A stretch of 63,761 nt of DNA, the filler included. It is 4 parts of 4 records of this genome, joined end to end, with 100 filler letters (N's around TTAATTAATTAA, not from the genome) between each part and the next. Parts side by side here need not be neighbours in the genome. Positions count along the whole stretch, not along the records: positions 16,922 to 28,845 come from SRR20825006_1726; positions 28,946 to 50,671 come from SRR20825006_1730; 2 more parts are not named here. The stretch is one strand, 5' to 3'. This document shows positions 18,637 through 29,092 of the stretch, in pieces. Every line of letters starts with the position of its first letter. Within the stretch, counting starts at the first letter, position 1. The translations under genes and the position numbers were made by a program. Under the pieces are notes generated by a model. That model was not told where the DNA came from. It saw only the letters and a program-made list of their open reading frames with translations, and searched no databases.

Positions 18637-20994
18637 TCAGGAGCTTTGACGTTCCGCGCGCAAAGCAATGGCGTCGTGAATGGCTTTTTGCAGTTGGGCC
18701 GGGCGGAACGGCTTTTTGACAAACACGTAATTGCCCAGAAGCTTGTCGAGCTCTTTGCGCGACCTTGCGGGATAGCCCGACATGAAGACAACGCCGTATC
18801 GTTGGTTCTGGCGCAATGCTTCGATAATCAACTGCGGGCCACTGCGACCCGACATGACAACGTCGGTCAAGATCACATCAAATGGATCGTTGAGTTCTGT
18901 TTGTTTCAGAAGGTCCAAGGCTTCTTCGGTGCTTTTAGCGGTTTCAATTCTGAAACCGGCATCTTGCAGAATAATGCCGGCAGTGGTGCGGAGTGCCTGT
19001 TCATCATCGACAATCAGAATGCGTTCCCCATTGCCGGGGAGGTTATCAATCTTGTCGATATGGCGTGTTGTTTCGATCCCTGCTTCGGACCTTGGCAAAT
19101 AGACCGAGAAGGTAGTGCCTTCGCCCTCGATGCTTTCGACTTTAATAAAGCCGTGTGCTTCTTCGACCCAGCTGTGAACAATCGAAAGGCCAAGGCCTGT
19201 ACCTTTTCCCGGCTCCTTGGTCGAGAAGAAGGGTTCAAAGATGTTGTCGACAATGTCGTCAGGAATGCCGGTCCCCGTATCCTGAACCGTGATGACAACA
19301 AACTCGCCGGCAATGTTATCGGGAAATGTTTCATCGTCTTCATCGGGTACGCGCTGGGCGAGTGGGGGAATGTCGATGCTGCTACATGAAATCTGCAAGG
19401 TGCCGCCGTCGGGCATGGCATCACGTGCGTTGATCGCAAGATTAAGAATGCAGGCTGATAACTGGGTCGGATCAACACGGGTATAAAGTTCGGGCTCATT
19501 CGACCAGATTTGTAGCTCGATCCGGTGTTCAAGAAGGGTTAGCAGCAGTTTTTCCATTTCCGAGAAAATGCTTTGCACCCGAACATTGGTCGGCTGATCG
19601 ATCCTGCGCCGGGAAAACATCAAAAGCTGATCGGCAACACTGGTTGCACGTTCGCCAAGTGAAATCACATGATCAAGATATTCTTTGACCCGTTCCGGAT
19701 CATCGACTTTGGCGCGGGCAACTTCGGCAAAGCTCAGAATACCGGCAAGGCAGTTGTTGAATTCGTGCGCGACCCCACCGGCCATTTGGCCAACGGCCTC
19801 AAGCTTTTGCGATGTGGCAAGTTGACGTTGCAGGGCCTGTTGTTCTTCTGCTGCGCGGTGTTGTGCCGTAATGTTACTGCCGGTTCCGCGATAGCCATTA
19901 AAACGACCATCAAGGGTAAAGACCGGAACACCGTTGATCCGCCCGTAATGCTTTTCGCCCGTGCGTGATGTCCAGGAAAATTCAACGTTCTGGAATGCCA
20001 TATGGGCATCAAGACGGCGTTGCAGGTAATGCCAGCTTTCAGAATGTTCAGAATGAAGGCCCAGCTTGTCAAAGGATTGACCTTGCGGAGAGCCGTTAAT
20101 TTCTTCGATCAGCTGATAGAACTTATAGGACGCGAACGCGATTTTAAGGTCCGCCCCCATTTCCCAATACCAGTCGGCCGATGACAGGGTGAAGTCACGG
20201 AACCGTTCTTCGCTGTCGCGCAGGGCGTCTTGTGCAATCTGATGTTGCTGCGTTCTGCGTTCCAGACTTTCCGCCATGGCATTCAGGCCACGTTCCAGTG
20301 TGCCAATTTCATCGCGCCCCATTGGCGTCAGGCGAGAACCCAATTTACCAATCTGGATTTTATTGACGAACTGGGCGGCTGTAATCAGGCGTTTAAGGAC
20401 AGTGTGCTGGGTAAACAGGAAAATCAGCACCGACGTCAGCAAAATACACATCGCCGATCCGACCAACAGGACCGATTGCATTTCACGTTGGCTTTCTTCA
20501 AGGCCCTTGGTTGAGACCTTGAGATAGACATACATGAAAGGCTGGCTGGCATTCAGGCTGAAAAGCGGGGTGATGGAGACCATGCTTTGGCCGCCATTGT
20601 CATGGGTTGTGAACAGAACCTGATCTGTCAGATTCGAACGCAATTCGTCTTGGGGAAAGTCGGGCATGACATTGATTGAGCTTCCGACCAGAAGCGGATC
20701 AATCGCATGGTAAATCGTACCGTCAAAGCCGACAGCCATGGCTTGCTGTAAGTGTCTTCCCAGCAACCGCTCCATTTGTGCTGCATCACTCAGGATGGAG
20801 ACTTTAAGCTGTTCGTCCTGAATGAGACGTCCGGGGGCACTGATTTGTTCCGCGATACGGCGGTCAATCTCTGCTCCAAAATACTGCACGTAATAGCCGC
20901 CAAACAGGCCAAGCAGGATGGTTTCCACGATCACAATCGCCAACGCGATCTTGAAAACCAGACTGCCAATCATCCGGTCTAACAGCTTCTTCAC
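18637..20994 (-). CDS. Membrane hybrid sensor histidine kinase (periplasmic domain-HAMP-PAS-HisKA-HATPase-REC)
   Basis: Two TMs, HAMP (GRDEIGTL), PAS (DWYWE), H-box [28 protein letters not shown] (LIVDDE, TDVVM). Confidence 0.93.
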   Translation of the reverse strand: MKKLLDRMIGSLVFKIALAIVIVETILLGLFGGYYVQYFGAEIDRRIAEQISAPGRLIQDEQLKVSILSDAAQMERLLGRHLQQAMAVGFDGTIYHAIDPLLVGSSINVMPDFPQDELRSNLTDQVLFTTHDNGGQSMVSITPLFSLNASQPFMYVYLKVSTKGLEESQREMQSVLLVGSAMCILLTSVLIFLFTQHTVLKRLITAAQFVNKIQIGKLGSRLTPMGRDEIGTLERGLNAMAESLERRTQQHQIAQDALRDSEERFRDFTLSSADWYWEMGADLKIAFASYKFYQLIEEINGSPQGQSFDKLGLHSEHSESWHYLQRRLDAHMAFQNVEFSWTSRTGEKHYGRINGVPVFTLDGRFNGYRGTGSNITAQHRAAEEQQALQRQLATSQKLEAVGQMAGGVAHEFNNCLAGILSFAEVARAKVDDPERVKEYLDHVISLGERATSVADQLLMFSRRRIDQPTNVRVQSIFSEMEKLLLTLLEHRIELQIWSNEPELYTRVDPTQLSACILNLAINARDAMPDGGTLQISCSSIDIPPLAQRVPDEDDETFPDNIAGEFVVITVQDTGTGIPDDIVDNIFEPFFSTKEPGKGTGLGLSIVHSWVEEAHGFIKVESIEGEGTTFSVYLPRSEAGIETTRHIDKIDNLPGNGERILIVDDEQALRTTAGIILQDAGFRIETAKSTEEALDLLKQTELNDPFDVILTDVVMSGRSGPQLIIEALRQNQRYGVVFMSGYPARSRKELDKLLGNYVFVKKPFRPAQLQKAIHDAIALRAERQSS

Positions 20995-21037
20995 GCGTAT
21001 CTGTCTCCCCTGACAGGACCTTATTCAGTGCACCGGG

Positions 21038-22942
21038 TTACTTTTGCTCAATATAATATTGGCTCGGGTTTGTCGGTGCCGGTGTCGCATAACTCCATGC
21101 TGCCGGGATAACTTTGGGAACGTTGTGGAAGTCTTTGGCGACCACGCCTTTCCTGTTTGGCGGCAAAGCAATTCCCATAACGTAGAACTGATCTGCACTG
21201 ATGTCGAGAATATCGCGCATCAGTTGAGTTTGTTTTTCAGCATTCGCTGTTTCTTTAAGGCTGTTATAAAGCGAAAGCTGCTTTTGAACGGCCGCCGGGG
21301 GGGTAATTGCATCGGGACTATCAGGGTTGACGTACCAGTTGGCCCATCCGGTTGCGAACCAGGACGAATCAGCTGACATTGGCAAATAGTTGATTGGGAT
21401 CACCATTGCGTCCAATCCACCATCGCCGCCCCACGCACTGGCATGGTGATTATTGTTATCGCGCAGGGAAACAAATTCGTCACGTGGCAGGTTGCGGGCC
21501 GTCACATCAATGCCAAGGTCGCGCCAATATGCGATCACGGCATCAAGGATCGCGAACCTGTCGGCACCTTCGGTGTCAATTATAAAGGACAGGCGTTTTC
21601 CATCCGGACGCAGCAGGAAACCTTCGTCGTCTTTTTTGTTCAGACCGGCCTTGGACAAATAATCTGACGCCAATTCCGGATCGAAATGAATGAACTGGCG
21701 GGCAAGAACCGTGTGATAAAGCGGGCTTTCCGGCCTTGGTGCGGCTTGATTTGGCAAGGCGCCGGGGATAAAGCGCGCAATAATCATGTCGCGATCGATG
21801 GCATGCGAAAGTGCGATACGGAAATTCTTGTTCTGGAAAATATCGCGCAGCACCAAGTCCTTGTCATTAAGGTTCAGGGACAAGGTCAGTGTGTTCATGT
21901 CGCTTTCGACCAGCGTAAAGGGCTGCAGGTTATCATTGGCCGCAAGGACCTCATCTGCACGTGTACTGACATGGCGTTCCTGCATATTGACCATACCGGC
22001 AATGGCCGCATCCCCGGCGGCACTTCGTGACGGGACAAGGGCAAAGGATACCTCGTCAATATAAGGAAGCTGGCGCCCGGTTGGGTCAATTTTCCAATAA
22101 TACGGATTGCGCTTGGCAATCAGTGGATCATCTTCGCCGTAGGTTCCTGTCAGAATCCATGCATTAAGTGTCGGAACGTCCGGATTGTGCCAACGCGAAG
22201 GATCGTCAATCGTGCCCGGATTGCCAAACACCTCGACAAAGCGTTCTTTCCACCCGGCAAAGCCAAGTTCGCGGGCTTCTTTGTCGGCGTTTGGATTAAA
22301 CTTTGGTAAAAGGGGCTTAAGGAAGTGTGCCGGGTAGCTCACCGGCTCCACACCTTCGGGACGTGCCAAGGCGGTCGGGAACAGCCCATAAGGTGTGCTG
22401 AAACGAAAGGCGACAGTGGTTGCGTCAACCTGATCAATCTGTACGGCATTGCCCCCCGCCGTTAGCCATTCGGGCACAGCATCGGCGAATGCAGGATTGC
22501 TCAGGATGTTTTCATACCAGAAGACAATGTCATCCACACTGAATGGCGCACCATCAGACCACCGCATGCCCGGTCGCAGGCGGAAGAAAAATTCCGTCGC
22601 ATCGCTGCTTGGTTGAAAGGACAGCGCGACATTGGGAATTGTGGACGTCCATTGTGGTGTCCAGCGCAGCAGCGGTTCGTAGCCAATGTTACGGATCAGC
22701 AATGCATGGTCGCGTTGGTTGCGCTGGGCCATTTTCCATGTGCCCCCATAAACGCCGATTTTATCATTGGGGGTAACGATCATTGGCGTGGTTGGCAGGC
22801 GGTCTTTGACGGGCGGTAAAGTGCCAGCGGCAACTTCTTTGGCAAGAATAGGGGCTTCGCCAAATTCAACAGCATGCAGTTTTGGGCTGTTCACCAGCAT
22901 GGTGCCCATTACGGCAATCAATATGTATTTAAACTGTTTCAA
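21038..22942 (-). CDS. ABC transporter substrate-binding protein, family 5 (OppA/DppA-like)
   Basis: Signal peptide, LPPVKDRLP, LRPGMRWSDGAPF, RNPYYWK, FRIALSHAIDR. Confidence 0.9.
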   Translation of the reverse strand: MKQFKYILIAVMGTMLVNSPKLHAVEFGEAPILAKEVAAGTLPPVKDRLPTTPMIVTPNDKIGVYGGTWKMAQRNQRDHALLIRNIGYEPLLRWTPQWTSTIPNVALSFQPSSDATEFFFRLRPGMRWSDGAPFSVDDIVFWYENILSNPAFADAVPEWLTAGGNAVQIDQVDATTVAFRFSTPYGLFPTALARPEGVEPVSYPAHFLKPLLPKFNPNADKEARELGFAGWKERFVEVFGNPGTIDDPSRWHNPDVPTLNAWILTGTYGEDDPLIAKRNPYYWKIDPTGRQLPYIDEVSFALVPSRSAAGDAAIAGMVNMQERHVSTRADEVLAANDNLQPFTLVESDMNTLTLSLNLNDKDLVLRDIFQNKNFRIALSHAIDRDMIIARFIPGALPNQAAPRPESPLYHTVLARQFIHFDPELASDYLSKAGLNKKDDEGFLLRPDGKRLSFIIDTEGADRFAILDAVIAYWRDLGIDVTARNLPRDEFVSLRDNNNHHASAWGGDGGLDAMVIPINYLPMSADSSWFATGWANWYVNPDSPDAITPPAAVQKQLSLYNSLKETANAEKQTQLMRDILDISADQFYVMGIALPPNRKGVVAKDFHNVPKVIPAAWSYATPAPTNPSQYYIEQK

Positions 22943-23304
22943 AGATTCCTGTGCCCCTGTCGCGGTAGTCGCCTCTGACCTAAGGTATCGGTGAAGCTAT
23001 TCAAAGGTGGTGAATACCTTGAGTGACTATGAAGGTAAATAGACCAGTGCCCATGATAAACCCCAAAATGTGTTGCTGTGGCGTCTGGGCTTTCAATTTA
23101 TATACATAAATTGAGTGTTCTATATGTATTTTCACAAGAACATGAGCAGGAAGTTTCGCCGTAAAATGGGCTCTGATACCGCAGAATTGAAAGGTTTTTG
23201 TGCGAATCCGAAAGCATTTTTGATCTGTCTCATAAACGATATATCGGTCTGCGGTAGTCGTTGTTCAATGCCTTTCGAATACGAGCATGATACTAAAGTT
23301 TAAT

Positions 23305-23325
23305 ACTGTCTAATATATAGACAGT
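23305..23325. promoter_or_regulatory. Inverted repeat, candidate operator
   Basis: ACTGTCTA-ATATA-TAGACAGT in an AT-rich divergent intergenic region. Confidence 0.4.
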
Positions 23326-23409
23326 GACGCGAAAATGCAGAATTTTGGGCGCAACAGCGTTAATTTTCTGACGAGTCGTCCTATATGATAGGTACGACAT
23401 TCAAGCTTA

Positions 23410-23724
23410 ATGAAAGACGGACGTGTGGCGCAATCTGATGATGACACAAAGCGAGCTTTGGAAGCGTCTTTCATGGACGGCCCGAAGCCAACTGCACCGA
23501 TCCCACGATATGAATCGGGATCGGATGCGGGGTTGCGTGATCGTTTGCGCGGATCTTCGTCTGCAACATCGATGATTCCTCTCAAAGATGACCCAGACGG
23601 GTTTAGTGTTGCGGGGATCGAAGGGATGATTGATCGCAGGAAGGCAAATGTTGCTGCCAAGGTGGTCGAAACGGATCCCGATCAGGCGTTGCGCGTCATC
23701 CGTAATTGGTTGCTGCAAGACTGA
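23410..23724 (+). CDS. Small protein with a FliF C-terminal (FliG-binding)-like tail
   Basis: C-terminus IEGMIDRRKANVAAKVVETDPDQALRVIRNWLLQD resembles the end of alphaproteobacterial FliF; no TM or ring domains. Confidence 0.65.
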   Translation: MKDGRVAQSDDDTKRALEASFMDGPKPTAPIPRYESGSDAGLRDRLRGSSSATSMIPLKDDPDGFSVAGIEGMIDRRKANVAAKVVETDPDQALRVIRNWLLQD

Positions 23725-23882
23725 TCCGTCGAACCTGTGGAACAGCTTATTCTTGCGTATCGATCAATCTCATTATTTCACTGCAAAGCATCCAATACAC
23801 ATTTTGGGATAATTCCTTGGCATTACGAGATTTTTTGTCATGCTGATCGCTTGATGAGGTATTTGGGAAGGCTTATGCGGTT

Positions 23883-25097
23883 ATGATTGATTTTACCAAG
23901 CTGATTGCAGACCAGTTCTGCGTGTTTGATCCTGATTATGTTGCGCAACAAGAAGCCTTCGCCAACAAACTTGCCCCCCTTCAGGAAAAGCTGATTGAGG
24001 CCCAAAAAACCGGGAACAGCATGGCGGCATCCGATCAGCAAATGATCGAATGCAAATGGCTTTTGCTTTACACGGCTGACTGGAAAACGCTGACTGCGAA
24101 ACTTGATGCGTTTGCCAAGTCGCTGGAAAATACCGATCAGGACTGGGCCGAAAAACAGGTGCCAAGCGATGGGTCATGGGGGCCTTGTTATGATCAATGG
24201 TTCCTGAAAGTCGATGCCATGATTGATGCGGTCAATACCTTGGCCGATGCAGGGCAGGCGCCTGAGTATCCATTCTTGTTCATGGCGCCGATCGCAACGC
24301 CTGAAAAAATGATTGCCTGGTTGGAAAGTCAGAAAACGTCTTCGATCTTTACCGATGGTCTGGATCGCCGTGATGCCTTGGGTGCGGTGACAGCAACGCT
24401 TTCGCAGATGTGCTTTAAAAGCGAAATTCGCGATTATTTTCAAAGCCATGTACAGGGTTTTGACCTGACCGAAGACTATATCAACGCCTATAAGAAGTGG
24501 CTTGATGATTGGCAGGATCCGCAAAGCGGGTATTGGGGCGGATGGTTTAATACGCAAGACCAGGGTGTTTTAAAAAGCAGTGATCTTAGCCTGACCTTCC
24601 ACAATATTTCCTATCAGCATGGCAAGGTTGATTTGTGGACGGCGATCTTTGACACCACGCTTGCCATTCGTGACGAGGCCTACCCGTTTGGCTGGAAACA
24701 CAATGACGATTTCAACAATCACAACAATTATGATGTGACCAAGATTTTCGATCTTGGTTGGTCAAGTGTCGATACGGATACGCAAAACGAAGCTGCATCA
24801 GATATCGGGTTGGTTTTGAACTGGTGTCTAACCAAATCAATGACGCCAGATGGCGGGTTTATCGATGACCCGACATTCTATAACTCGGTTGGTGCAGCCT
24901 ATTATTACGGGGTCTCGTTCCTTGATCAGGCCGGGTATTTCGGAACCGACGTGCCGTTCTGGACCGACAAGCCGTTTGCCGATGGTCCGGCTCTTTGCTG
25001 TAAAATCCAGAAAAACATCAAATCCGAAGGCCTTGATGACGACGAAGCCAAGGCTGCGCTTGAAAAACTTGTCGATGCCTGTGGAAATTGTGCGTGA
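23883..25097 (+). CDS. Hypothetical protein, possible (alpha/alpha)-barrel with QW/prenyltransferase-like repeats
   Basis: 404-aa ORF; repeated QVPSDGSWG, WQDPQSGYWG and MTPDGGF motifs. Confidence 0.7.
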   Translation: MIDFTKLIADQFCVFDPDYVAQQEAFANKLAPLQEKLIEAQKTGNSMAASDQQMIECKWLLLYTADWKTLTAKLDAFAKSLENTDQDWAEKQVPSDGSWGPCYDQWFLKVDAMIDAVNTLADAGQAPEYPFLFMAPIATPEKMIAWLESQKTSSIFTDGLDRRDALGAVTATLSQMCFKSEIRDYFQSHVQGFDLTEDYINAYKKWLDDWQDPQSGYWGGWFNTQDQGVLKSSDLSLTFHNISYQHGKVDLWTAIFDTTLAIRDEAYPFGWKHNDDFNNHNNYDVTKIFDLGWSSVDTDTQNEAASDIGLVLNWCLTKSMTPDGGFIDDPTFYNSVGAAYYYGVSFLDQAGYFGTDVPFWTDKPFADGPALCCKIQKNIKSEGLDDDEAKAALEKLVDACGNCA

Positions 25098-25200
25098 AAA
25101 CGCAATTTAGGGAACTGAATTAGCTTTGGGGGTTGGCGAAATACCCCCGGCACTCCCCATATGAAGGAAAGAAGAATAAAAACAGGTCATGAGGGTCCAG

Positions 25201-25560
25201 ATGACAGATCGAAAAGATATTGATCTTGCTGGTTTGCGGGTGCGTCTTGAAGAACGACGTGCCGATATTTTGGCGCATTCAGAACATTCCGAAAATCACC
25301 GAAAGCCGGTTGAACTAGATCAACAGGCGGTCGGGCGGTTATCGCGCATGGATGCGCTTCAGAATCAGCAGATGCATCTGGAACAGGAACGCCGTCGGGC
25401 CGCCGAACTTTCCCGTATTGAGAAGACGCTTGCGCGTATGGAAAATGATGCATACGGGCATTGTCATAATTGCGGTGACCCCATTGAAACGAAACGGTTG
25501 GAATTTGATCCGACAACACCGCTTTGTGTCGAATGTGCCAATCATGTAAGCCACGGCTGA
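25201..25560 (+). CDS. TraR/DksA family C4 zinc-finger protein
   Basis: ELDQQAVGRLSRMDA coiled-coil tip; CHNC...CVEC zinc finger; GAGG RBS before ATG 25201. Confidence 0.9.
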   Translation: MTDRKDIDLAGLRVRLEERRADILAHSEHSENHRKPVELDQQAVGRLSRMDALQNQQMHLEQERRRAAELSRIEKTLARMENDAYGHCHNCGDPIETKRLEFDPTTPLCVECANHVSHG

Positions 25561-25616
25561 TATCTTTGCGTAGAATGAAAAACACGCAGTGCCAACGATG
25601 GCCTGATGGATAAGCT

Positions 25617-26372
25617 TTGGACAAAGTCGGGAGAGACCGTTTGCCGGTTTATAGGCAATATGATCGGATCAGTTTAAGTGGCCTTGCCATCAGTCTGCTT
25701 TTGATCTGTGCAGCCGTTCTGTTTTCCGGCCCGGCGAGCGCGCAAGGATCTTGTGGACCGATATCGGCACCGCAAGCGATTTTGGAATTTAATCACAAAG
25801 ACCCGCAGTTGGACCGGCACCGGTCTGTTCGGTGGCTGAATGCCCGGGCGGGCGGTAGTCCGAGTTATCTTGTTGCAGGCCTGACCGAATATGAAATGCG
25901 GGCATCGTTTGATATGCGGTTTGAACCACGGCAAGTCGGGTTTGGTCGTTATTGTCTCGACCCGGTTCGGGTCAATCCAAAGGTCGATGTGGTCAAGCAT
26001 CTGGTCTATATCGCATCGGAGCTTAACCGTGGGTCATGCGAATATAACGTGGTCTATGCCCACGAAGGCGAACACGTGAAAATCAATCAGGGGATGGAGG
26101 CCGATATTAGGGTTGCTCTTGATGATTTGATCGCCGATGTTGTGCGCAAGGTCGATGCCATGTTTCCGCTTGCGGCGGATAATGTACCCGGCGCAATGAA
26201 AAGACTTCTCTCAGAATATGGCCGGGATTTTAAACGACGCATACGCGATATTGATCGCAATCGGCGTGAACAACACAGACAGATCGATACGCCAGCAGAA
26301 TATGAAAAGCTGTCATTGGCTTGTGGTCCGAACTCAGCGTTTCAGACAGTTTTACAAGCCGCCGCGCGTTAG
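25617..26372 (+). CDS. Exported hypothetical protein with an HExxH motif (DUF922-like predicted Zn protease)
   Basis: Signal-peptide-like segment ending ASA-QG; VYAHEGEHV; start uncertain. Confidence 0.6.
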   Translation: MDKVGRDRLPVYRQYDRISLSGLAISLLLICAAVLFSGPASAQGSCGPISAPQAILEFNHKDPQLDRHRSVRWLNARAGGSPSYLVAGLTEYEMRASFDMRFEPRQVGFGRYCLDPVRVNPKVDVVKHLVYIASELNRGSCEYNVVYAHEGEHVKINQGMEADIRVALDDLIADVVRKVDAMFPLAADNVPGAMKRLLSEYGRDFKRRIRDIDRNRREQHRQIDTPAEYEKLSLACGPNSAFQTVLQAAAR

Positions 26373-26388
26373 GTCCTGACCTGACCCC

Positions 26389-27060
26389 CTAGGCGGTTGA
26401 ATCAAGGGTAACCAAACCCTTTTCAATCGCATAACGGACAAGCCCGGCCGAACTATCAATATCAAGTTTGCGTTTGATGTTGCGGCGGTGTGTTTCAACC
26501 GTACGGACACTAATATCAAGTTCACGGGCAACATGCTTGTTGCTGGCACCTTTGGCCAGAAGGCGCAAGACGGTGCGTTCGCGTGTGGTCAAGGGGACGC
26601 CATCACTGTTGCTGCCGGCACCCGCACTGATGCGATCAAAGGTGGAGCTATAGGCTTCACCGCCATTGGCGATGGTTTCAATTGCCCGGACCATGTCGTT
26701 TGATGACACGTCTTTCAGGATAAAGCCCTTTGCCCCGGCCTGCTGTGCAGTGCGCAGATATTCCGGGTTTTCATGCATTGAAAGAATGACGACCTTGGTA
26801 CCCGGAAGGGTTTCACGGAACTTTTCGGCTGCTTCCAACCCGTTCATGACAGGCATGGAGATATCCATCAGAACGATATCAGGGTGCAACTCCCCGGCAA
26901 GAGACAGGGCTTCGACGCCATTGCTGGCTTCGCCAATGATGTTGATATGATCAAAGCATTCCAGTCGCGAACGGATGCCATCCATCACAAGGGCATGGTC
27001 ATCACACAGCAAAATGCGCAAAGGACGGTCGGTGGAATAGATTTGATTGGCACTGTTCAT
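26389..27060 (-). CDS. NarL/LuxR family response regulator
   Basis: REC (LCDDH, MDISMP) and LuxR HTH (LTTRE..., ISVRTVETHR). Confidence 0.95.
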   Translation of the reverse strand: MNSANQIYSTDRPLRILLCDDHALVMDGIRSRLECFDHINIIGEASNGVEALSLAGELHPDIVLMDISMPVMNGLEAAEKFRETLPGTKVVILSMHENPEYLRTAQQAGAKGFILKDVSSNDMVRAIETIANGGEAYSSTFDRISAGAGSNSDGVPLTTRERTVLRLLAKGASNKHVARELDISVRTVETHRRNIKRKLDIDSSAGLVRYAIEKGLVTLDSTA

Positions 27061-27106
27061 TGGCTGAAACTTGTTCCTGTCGCGTGATTATGGATGCAAG
27101 GCCAGA

Positions 27107-28510
27107 TTAACCGCTGATTGTCCGGCCGGGTAGCGCATTCTGGTTGGTTGCGGGAATAAATGCAGTGATTTTGGTGCCGTCATCGGGCTCTGAGCGCACG
27201 GCAAGCCCCCCGCCATGGAATTCCATACGTTCGCGCATGTTGCGCAAACCGATGCCCGCACGGGGATCGCGGTTTCGGATATAGCGGTTTGTCTCGAACC
27301 CGACCCCGTTATCGGTGATGCGCATCACAACACTTTGGCCTTCGCGTTTGATGCTGATTTTGATCACGGTCGCATCGGCGTGGCGTTCAATATTGGTAAG
27401 CGTCTCCTGCAAGACACGGTAAAGCGTGGTTTTTTTGGCGATATCAAGCTGGTTGTCGATCGCATCGCATTTGACGTCGATCCGGATGCTTGAACGGTCT
27501 TGCAGTTCGGCACACATGCTTTCAATCGCGGGTTTCAGGCCAAGGTCATCAAGGACCGCCGGGCGCAGGTCACGCGAAATACGTCGGACTTCATGAATGG
27601 CGTCCTGTAACCGTTTGGCGGCCTTTTCCATCGGTTCAATTGCGTTTTCGCGTTTTTGCCCAATCCGCGCGATGGCTGTTTCAACCGAATATTTGACCGA
27701 CACCAATATTTGGCTGATGCCATCATGCAATTCCCGTGAGACCCGCAAACGTTCCTGTTCCTGCACATCGACCACGCGGTGGGTCAGTTCTTTTAGCTTG
27801 GAATCGGCAAGTTTACGTTCAGACAGGGTAACGACCGTGCCCGATATGCCGACCAGCAGCACGGCAAGGATGGTGACTCCGATGATCGAAATCGTTGTTT
27901 CGCGGATATGAGTGGAAACCTCGGCCTCGATTTCTGCGACCTGTTCGGAAATATCGTCGATATAAATCCCGGTGCCGATCATCCAACCCCATTTATCAAG
28001 CATCAGGGAATAAGTGATCTTTTCCGTGGGTTCGCCTGTGGATGGTTTTTCCCAGACATGGCGCATGAAGTCGCCGCCCTTTTCGGCGTTAAAGATCAGT
28101 CCCTGAATGACCGTGTTGCCATTAAGGTCGCGCAAATTCCAATAGGTGCGGCCCAAACGCCATGGTTGGGGCGGATCAACAAGGGCGGTGCCATCACGGT
28201 CATAAATGAAGAAATACCCATCTTCACCATAAGACAGGTCTTCGATGATGGATTTGACCCGTTCCTTGGAAACCGCATCAAGCGGGCTTGCGACCGAATA
28301 GATGTGATCAATCGATGCCATCGCCAGTTCGAGATAGCTTTTGAGCTCTTCTTTCCGCGCTTCAAGGATATTGCGCTCGAACGTTCTGATCTCGGCCTCG
28401 GCCAATCGTTCTGCCTGCGCAAAGACCAGCCAGGAGATCGCTGAGGCAGCAAGAACCAGCGGCAGGATGGAAAGCAGTAGGAACTTTAGTCGAAGATTAA
28501 GCTGCGGCAT
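27107..28510 (-). CDS. Cache-domain sensor histidine kinase (HisKA_3 type)
   Basis: Two TMs flanking a single Cache domain (YGEDGYFFIYD, GWMIGTGIYID); ERLRVSRELHDGISQ; GIGL; likely start MPQLN at 28510. Confidence 0.92.
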   Translation of the reverse strand: MPQLNLRLKFLLLSILPLVLAASAISWLVFAQAERLAEAEIRTFERNILEARKEELKSYLELAMASIDHIYSVASPLDAVSKERVKSIIEDLSYGEDGYFFIYDRDGTALVDPPQPWRLGRTYWNLRDLNGNTVIQGLIFNAEKGGDFMRHVWEKPSTGEPTEKITYSLMLDKWGWMIGTGIYIDDISEQVAEIEAEVSTHIRETTISIIGVTILAVLLVGISGTVVTLSERKLADSKLKELTHRVVDVQEQERLRVSRELHDGISQILVSVKYSVETAIARIGQKRENAIEPMEKAAKRLQDAIHEVRRISRDLRPAVLDDLGLKPAIESMCAELQDRSSIRIDVKCDAIDNQLDIAKKTTLYRVLQETLTNIERHADATVIKISIKREGQSVVMRITDNGVGFETNRYIRNRDPRAGIGLRNMRERMEFHGGGLAVRSEPDDGTKITAFIPATNQNALPGRTISG

Positions 28511-28845
28511 GGGCGTGACCGTTTTGGATTTGGGGGTTTCCTTGGGCGGACAATAGCATGTCTGTCGTAAAAGTCCCCGAAAGAACGCGGATGTGCCAGT
28601 ACACGGATCGATCATTTATCTGGTCGATTTTCCGCATGGTGAAAAGCAACTGGTCCTGTATTTTTTAAATTGGTATTACCAATTAACGAGATCATGCTTT
28701 GACAGGGAGAGGGCAATGCGCATATACCAGAACCGACGCCTGCCCACCGGGCGCCAAAAGCTCTGGATGCATTGCACAAGATCTCAACGTGCAGGCATCC
28801 TGTTCCGCCACACAAGGTATGGCGTTGCAGGCATCCCGCACCGCA

Positions 28846-28945
28846 NNNNNNNNNNNNNNNNNNNNNNNNNNNNNNNNNNNNNNNNNNNNTTAATTAATTA
28901 ANNNNNNNNNNNNNNNNNNNNNNNNNNNNNNNNNNNNNNNNNNNN
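28846..28945. other. Artificial contig linker
   Basis: N44-TTAATTAATTAA-N44. Confidence 0.99.
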
Positions 28946-29092
28946 TCCACAAGGTCCAATTGGTTTAACAGGTCCTGCAGGAGCGACAGGTGCTGCGGGT
29001 CCAACAGGAGCGGCGGGTCCACAAGGTCCAATTGGCTTAACAGGTCCAGCGGGAGCGACAGGTGCTACGGGACCAGCAGGTCCGGCAGGTCC
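28946..29092 (+). repeat. Collagen-coding repeat with a 72-bp period
   Basis: TCCACAAGGTCCAATTGG(T/C)TTAACAGGTCC recurs at 28946 and 29018. Confidence 0.85.

Noticed and set aside
18625-28556. Many long overlapping antisense ORFs in segment 2
   Set aside because: Expected shadows of real genes in GC-richer DNA; no recognisable motifs
16922-28845. GC-rich block as a horizontally acquired island
   Set aside because: Bounded exactly by linkers, begins inside gltB and has no integrase or att sites; it is a separate contig
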